A DNA stretch of 53,815 bases, the filler included, from Catajapyx aquilonaris (taxonomy: Eukaryota): assembly GCA_000934665.2 (NCBI GenBank). It is 3 parts of 3 records of this genome, joined end to end, with 100 filler letters (N's around TTAATTAATTAA, not from the genome) between each part and the next. Parts side by side here need not be neighbours in the genome. Positions count along the whole stretch, not along the records: positions 35,953 to 53,815 come from KZ539603.1; 2 more parts are not named here. One strand, written 5' to 3'. This document shows, piece after piece, positions 49,636-53,815 of this stretch (position 1 is its first letter; every line of letters begins with the position of its first letter). The notes under the pieces are model-generated. The model was not told the origin of the DNA and did no database searches. It saw only the letters and a list, made by a program, of their open reading frames with translations. The translations under genes were made by a program, and so were the position numbers.

Positions 49636-49784
49636 TGTATCAACAGTTCAAAAAGAACTGTCCCAGTCATCCTGACGTGTGGGCTGGCCGCTCGACACAC
49701 ACCATGTAAGTTACATGGTGTGTGTCGAGCGGGCAGCACACACATCAGGATGACTGGGACAGTTCTTTTTGGACTGATGATACA
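49636..49784. repeat. Near-perfect 149-bp palindrome (74-bp arms, 1-nt centre at 49710)
   Basis: TGTATCAACAGTTCAAAAAGAACTGTCCCAGTCATCCTGA...CACCATGTAA G TTACATGGTG...TCAGGATGACTGGGACAGTTCTTTTTGGACTGATGATACA. Confidence 0.9.
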
Positions 49785-50327
49785 GTGAATGAGAAAAGGG
49801 AAATCTAGAATTGCAAGAGAATAGCTGACATGGAGGCCTTGCTGTAGAATTATTGGAAATTTGCAATATTTTTACTAACAGTGAGCATAAATAGTAAAAC
49901 AGTAGAGAAATTTTTATTTTTATCACCATTACATGACACCCTATTTTTTAAGTCGAACATGGTACACCAATAATAACACATAATGACACAGATGATGGTG
50001 CACCCATCCTTTCTCGCTGTAATACTCCATTTGAAGGCATATCATGCTGTGAAACAATTGTTGCATAATTCTAAATTTCATTAAATGTCTTACTTAGTGA
50101 AATGTAGAACTCTACAAATTCTGTGTCATTTAATATCAGCATAAAATTTAAAATTTAAATTCTTTCTCTTTGCAATTTCTTCCTGGACACATTTGAAATG
50201 AGGAAAAACTGCAAATTCACAACATTTGGACCACTATTTAAAATACTTTAATTTAATTTACCCCACTGCATCCCTGTGGACTTTTTACTTCAGTTCACAA
50301 GCTAGATACTTTTAATTGTGCATTGTC

Positions 50328-50610
50328 AGGGAGGCATGGTGGTCTGATGGTTACGCCACTGGCTAGCCAAGCAGGAGGCCGGGGTTCAAATCCTGTCCCT
50401 GTCACCTCTGCTTGGCCGGGTCTTTTTCCGCTTTTCACCCGACATGCCGGGGCAGAATTGCACTCCCTACTCTGTCCAGGGCCGGGAGAAAAGGTGTGGT
50501 GTATTTCAGAAAGTCAGAAATAACTATAATTACAGCACCCTCCCTCGGGAACCTCTCCTTCCCCCCTGAAAGGGCTCCGCCCTATCACAGGGTATTTTTT
50601 TTTTAAATAA

Positions 50611-50675
<65 letters not shown>
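50328..50675 (+). mobile_element. tRNA-derived SINE family B, full length
   Basis: 14-bp TSD AATTGTGCATTGTC (50314-50327, 50676-50689) and a (TAA)n tail. Confidence 0.92.
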
Positions 50676-50678
<3 letters not shown>

Positions 50679-51643
50679 TGTGCATTGTCCATTAGTTGTA
50701 TAGATTGAATATGGGTCAACTAGCAGTAAAACTGTGCTTCGTGCCGATCCAAACATCTGCCATAACATCCATAAAAGACCTTTTGATAAAATGGTTCTGT
50801 AATATCTGGCAAAAATTCACAAAGAATCTGATTCTGCTGGCATTTTTTTCATCATATTTCCCATGAGCGATATATTCTGTAGCTATAAACCATGTATTAA
50901 CTTGTCTGCTTTAGTATTGGCACGTAAAAAGACATTTTCAGATATTTTTTCTAAGTTACTGCTTGTGAGTAGCATATCTAATCTCCTAATTGATGTGCTA
51001 CCCAAATAACTTAATTTTTGTAAACAATTCACATTTTTATTGATTTGGTTTTGTAAATTAATCAAGCTAACAATACATTAGTGCAGGTGTAGTAGCTACC
51101 TGTAGCTTACGCTGTCTCTGAGAGCTCTGATTGGTTACATTATGTGTTTTGCAACAAAATATTGCCTGTTGGAGTGCTGGTAAACATGTAAACAATAGTT
51201 TGGCTGTTTAGTACACAGTTTAGTTGCAGGCTGGGAAAGATAGTTAAAAGGGAGAATAACTACAAAGCCAACACATTGCTCATCCCACTGCACCGTATTG
51301 ACTGCACAGACCTTAGCTTGGAGTATTGGGTGGAGCACCTTCAATATTAAAAAGTGACAAGTGATTTACAGAAGCATCCCAGGACAAAGATTACTTAATG
51401 ACAAAGCGTGAGGACCTATGCTCTCCTTCATTCTCTGACTCTTATAAAAAAGTTTCTACTTGTCCTACTTTTTGCAGGTAAAATATATCTTTTTTAAACC
51501 ATTCTGTACCAGCACACCCCTACTTACTCCAGCATGTCGATATAGCTACCAGGTGTGTATTTCCTAACATCTGGCCGCCATAGATTTTACCAGCATGCTG
51601 CATTGTGGATGGTAATACATTATTATGTCTTGATTGCAATTGT

Positions 51644-51779
51644 GGGCAGGGGTGGGGGGTGGGACGGGTTGTTTTTAGGTTTATTCTCATGAGTTTTATT
51701 AGTTCATATGTTGGGTTAGCTTGCGTCTCCCTTCATCGCTGACTACCCCTCATAGGGAAATGTCGTGATGTTGTTGTTG
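51644..51779 (+). mobile_element. Heavily 5'-truncated RTE LINE 3'UTR
   Basis: TSD TTGATTGCAATTGT (51630-51643, 51780-51793). Almost identical to 12024-12165. Confidence 0.9.
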
Positions 51780-51857
51780 TTGATTGCAATTGTTCAGGGT
51801 TGGTAGAACTGTTATTGCTAATAATGTTGTATAATTGTGCATTGAATCTTCTTCTTA

Positions 51858-52761
51858 GGGGCGGATTCTCGTGGACTCCTGTAAGTCTGCGGGCCCGCAG
51901 GAGATGCGGGCCCGCAAGTCCGTCCAAGATGGCGACGGATGCGGGACCCCGAAAAAGTGGAATAAATGTGGTGCCCTGTAAGTCCTTACAAGAAAGAATT
52001 GAAAGTAGGTGGGAGATACGGGGGTTCTTGTAGCTCCGCCCACCGGAAACGGACAGGAGCCAATGGCGCAGAGGGAAAGGGTGCATTCCCACCGCCGTAC
52101 AATGGACAGCGACGGGATTAAACGCTATTGAGAAAAGAACAGCGAGACTGCCACCGATCGTATACTGTACCACCTGCATTCGAATTCGGGGTTTGTTTTT
52201 TTTTACTTAATTAGGCTCCTACGATGTAGGTAGGGAGTTCGGGCAAACGTCGCGAGAGTGTGCAGTAGGCAATCGAGTCTAAGGTCAATGACCTTATCGA
52301 ATCTGGGACATTCGAATCTGGAGTGTCTGCTGCTAGCGAGGTGAGAGCGAAGACGATGCCGGGGAAGAAGTCTGCCCCGGGTTCCGCCCGCGCCCCTCGC
52401 CGGCCGAACTGGGGGATGACCGTGAAAAAGAGGCCATTGTGGCCCGCATGGAATAAGACACTCCAGGACTCGTGGAAGGGCCCCTGGGCCGTGTTTATCC
52501 GTGTTCGATCCCCGCCTTACGGACACACAGCTGCTGCTGTCGGGGAAGCGGCCATTTTTGAGAGCGACAGGTGACTTACAGGACTTACAGGCACACTTAC
52601 AGGTGCTGCCACCCACCTGTATCTTTGCGGGCCTTTCCTTCCCGCAGCCCTTGCGGGAGCGCGACACGAGAATTCCACTTCGGGAGTTTTTTTTAGTTGC
52701 CGGGGCGATACGGGCGTTTGCGACTTGCGGGCCTCCCGTAAAGTCCACGAGAATCCGCCCC
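51858..52761. mobile_element. GC-rich non-autonomous TIR element (GGGG termini, TA flanks; PIF/ISL2EU-like)
   Basis: TIR GGGGCGGATTCTCGTGGACT / AGTCCACGAGAATCCGCCCC with subterminal (T)GCGGGCC repeats. No transposase recognised. Confidence 0.8.
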
Positions 52762-53224
52762 TATATCTATATTTTAGTTTGTTTGTGAGTTTGTGAGTTT
52801 CTTTGTCCCTTATAGAAATCCAGGGGAAGGCCCCTACACCGCCTTAAATTAGCATATCGGGGGTTACTTTTTCCAAGGAATCTAACGCCACATGTTTCAG
52901 CTTCCAAAAATGAACCTAACTCCCACAACACGCATATTCCCGAATCTTCTCGCTTCTTACATCAATAACAATATATCAATTTGCATTCCCATGGAAATGC
53001 CTTTTTAAAAATATGGCTATATTTACCTCCCTGCATCGTACCGCAGGGAGTGAACGTTTATTTCGTCTTGATGGAACCTTTTTGACGTAGCGCCCGGGCC
53101 CATGGGCAGGGTGACTAAGGTGCAAGTGCAATTCTCAAAGGGTACATTTTCTGAACTCCCCTGGGTGGATTAGTCCGAGGAGATTCCACCCGAAACGAAG
53201 CCAGAGACGACCCAACTCTGCACG

Positions 53225-53310
53225 AGATGAAAGGGGGAACCCCGGGCTGGGATTGAACCCGGGACCTTAACATCCGTGGGCACATTTCCGCAGCGCCACT
53301 TTGTCTCCCC
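53225..53310 (-). mobile_element. Degenerate tRNA-SINE head
   Basis: Minus strand TGGCGCTGCGG ... GGTTCAATCCC. Confidence 0.4.
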
Positions 53311-53815
53311 TACGAAATGCCCTTATGCAACAATACCTAGCAAGATAAACCATCGCCGTAAATTCAACGCATCCACCAATTACGCTAATTGGCCACCTCA
53401 TGTGAGTTCATATATTGTGGTAATTCCGGGATTTTGTGGGATTTGAAAGTAGACTTCCAGACAAAAGTAAATACAATAAAATAATACAGTATTTACAAAT
53501 ATTACTCCGTGTTGAAAACAAAATTTTCCACCATGCATCTGTACGTACATTTCTAAAGTTCTTTAGAGCAAACATATGGAACGAGGTGGGGGTGTGATTG
53601 TAACTTATAAGGCCTATTTTAAGACATATCGAGTTTCGCGTGTATGGAAGGGAAATTTTTACAAACACACTTCCTAATATACTGTATATGTACCCCTACC
53701 TTTACCAGCACCCCAACATAGGGGCCGTCCATAATCCGCGCGGACAAGTGAAGGGGGGGGAGGGGGGTTGCACTTTGCCCGCTTTTGTCCGTACAGGGGG
53801 GGTGGGGGTAGAAGT

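Noticed and set aside
52203..52748. 181-aa ORF as a transposase of the GC-rich TIR element
   Set aside because: It is GC-driven, Arg/Gly/Ser-rich, overlaps the TIR and lacks any DDE motif.

Overview
Eukaryotic, most likely arthropod (inference from the SINE, mariner, RTE and Academ content), draft-assembly DNA. The window is three unlinked ~17.9-kb scaffolds joined by artificial 100-bp spacers (N44-TTAATTAATTAA-N44 at 17894-17993 and 35853-35952). Scaffold 1 (1-17893) is almost all transposon. It holds two copies of a host repeat block. One copy carries a foldback mariner and an internally deleted RTE LINE. The other is split by a deeply nested stack: outer inverted repeat > decayed Academ (XPG/Cys8) element with TAT TSD > Tc1-like MITE and a CAAGG-ended 8-bp-TSD element > 1.2-kb-arm palindrome with initiator-tRNA-like units > RTE 3' fragment. 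Scaffold 2 (17994-35852) is poor in recognisable repeats and consists of alternating decayed, intronless, protein-like patches and AT-rich spacers. I could not name any of these patches; a fossil large-DNA-virus or giant-element insertion is a hypothesis. Scaffold 3 (35953-53815) has three internal minus-strand exons of a Gdown1/POLR2M (GRINL1A) gene among many SINEs and MITEs. It also has a well-folded tRNA-like gene with a canonical-position 64-nt intron, a UUA (ochre-reading) anticodon and an upstream CRE/E-box/TATA cluster. All family assignments come from motif recognition by eye; no database searches were run.
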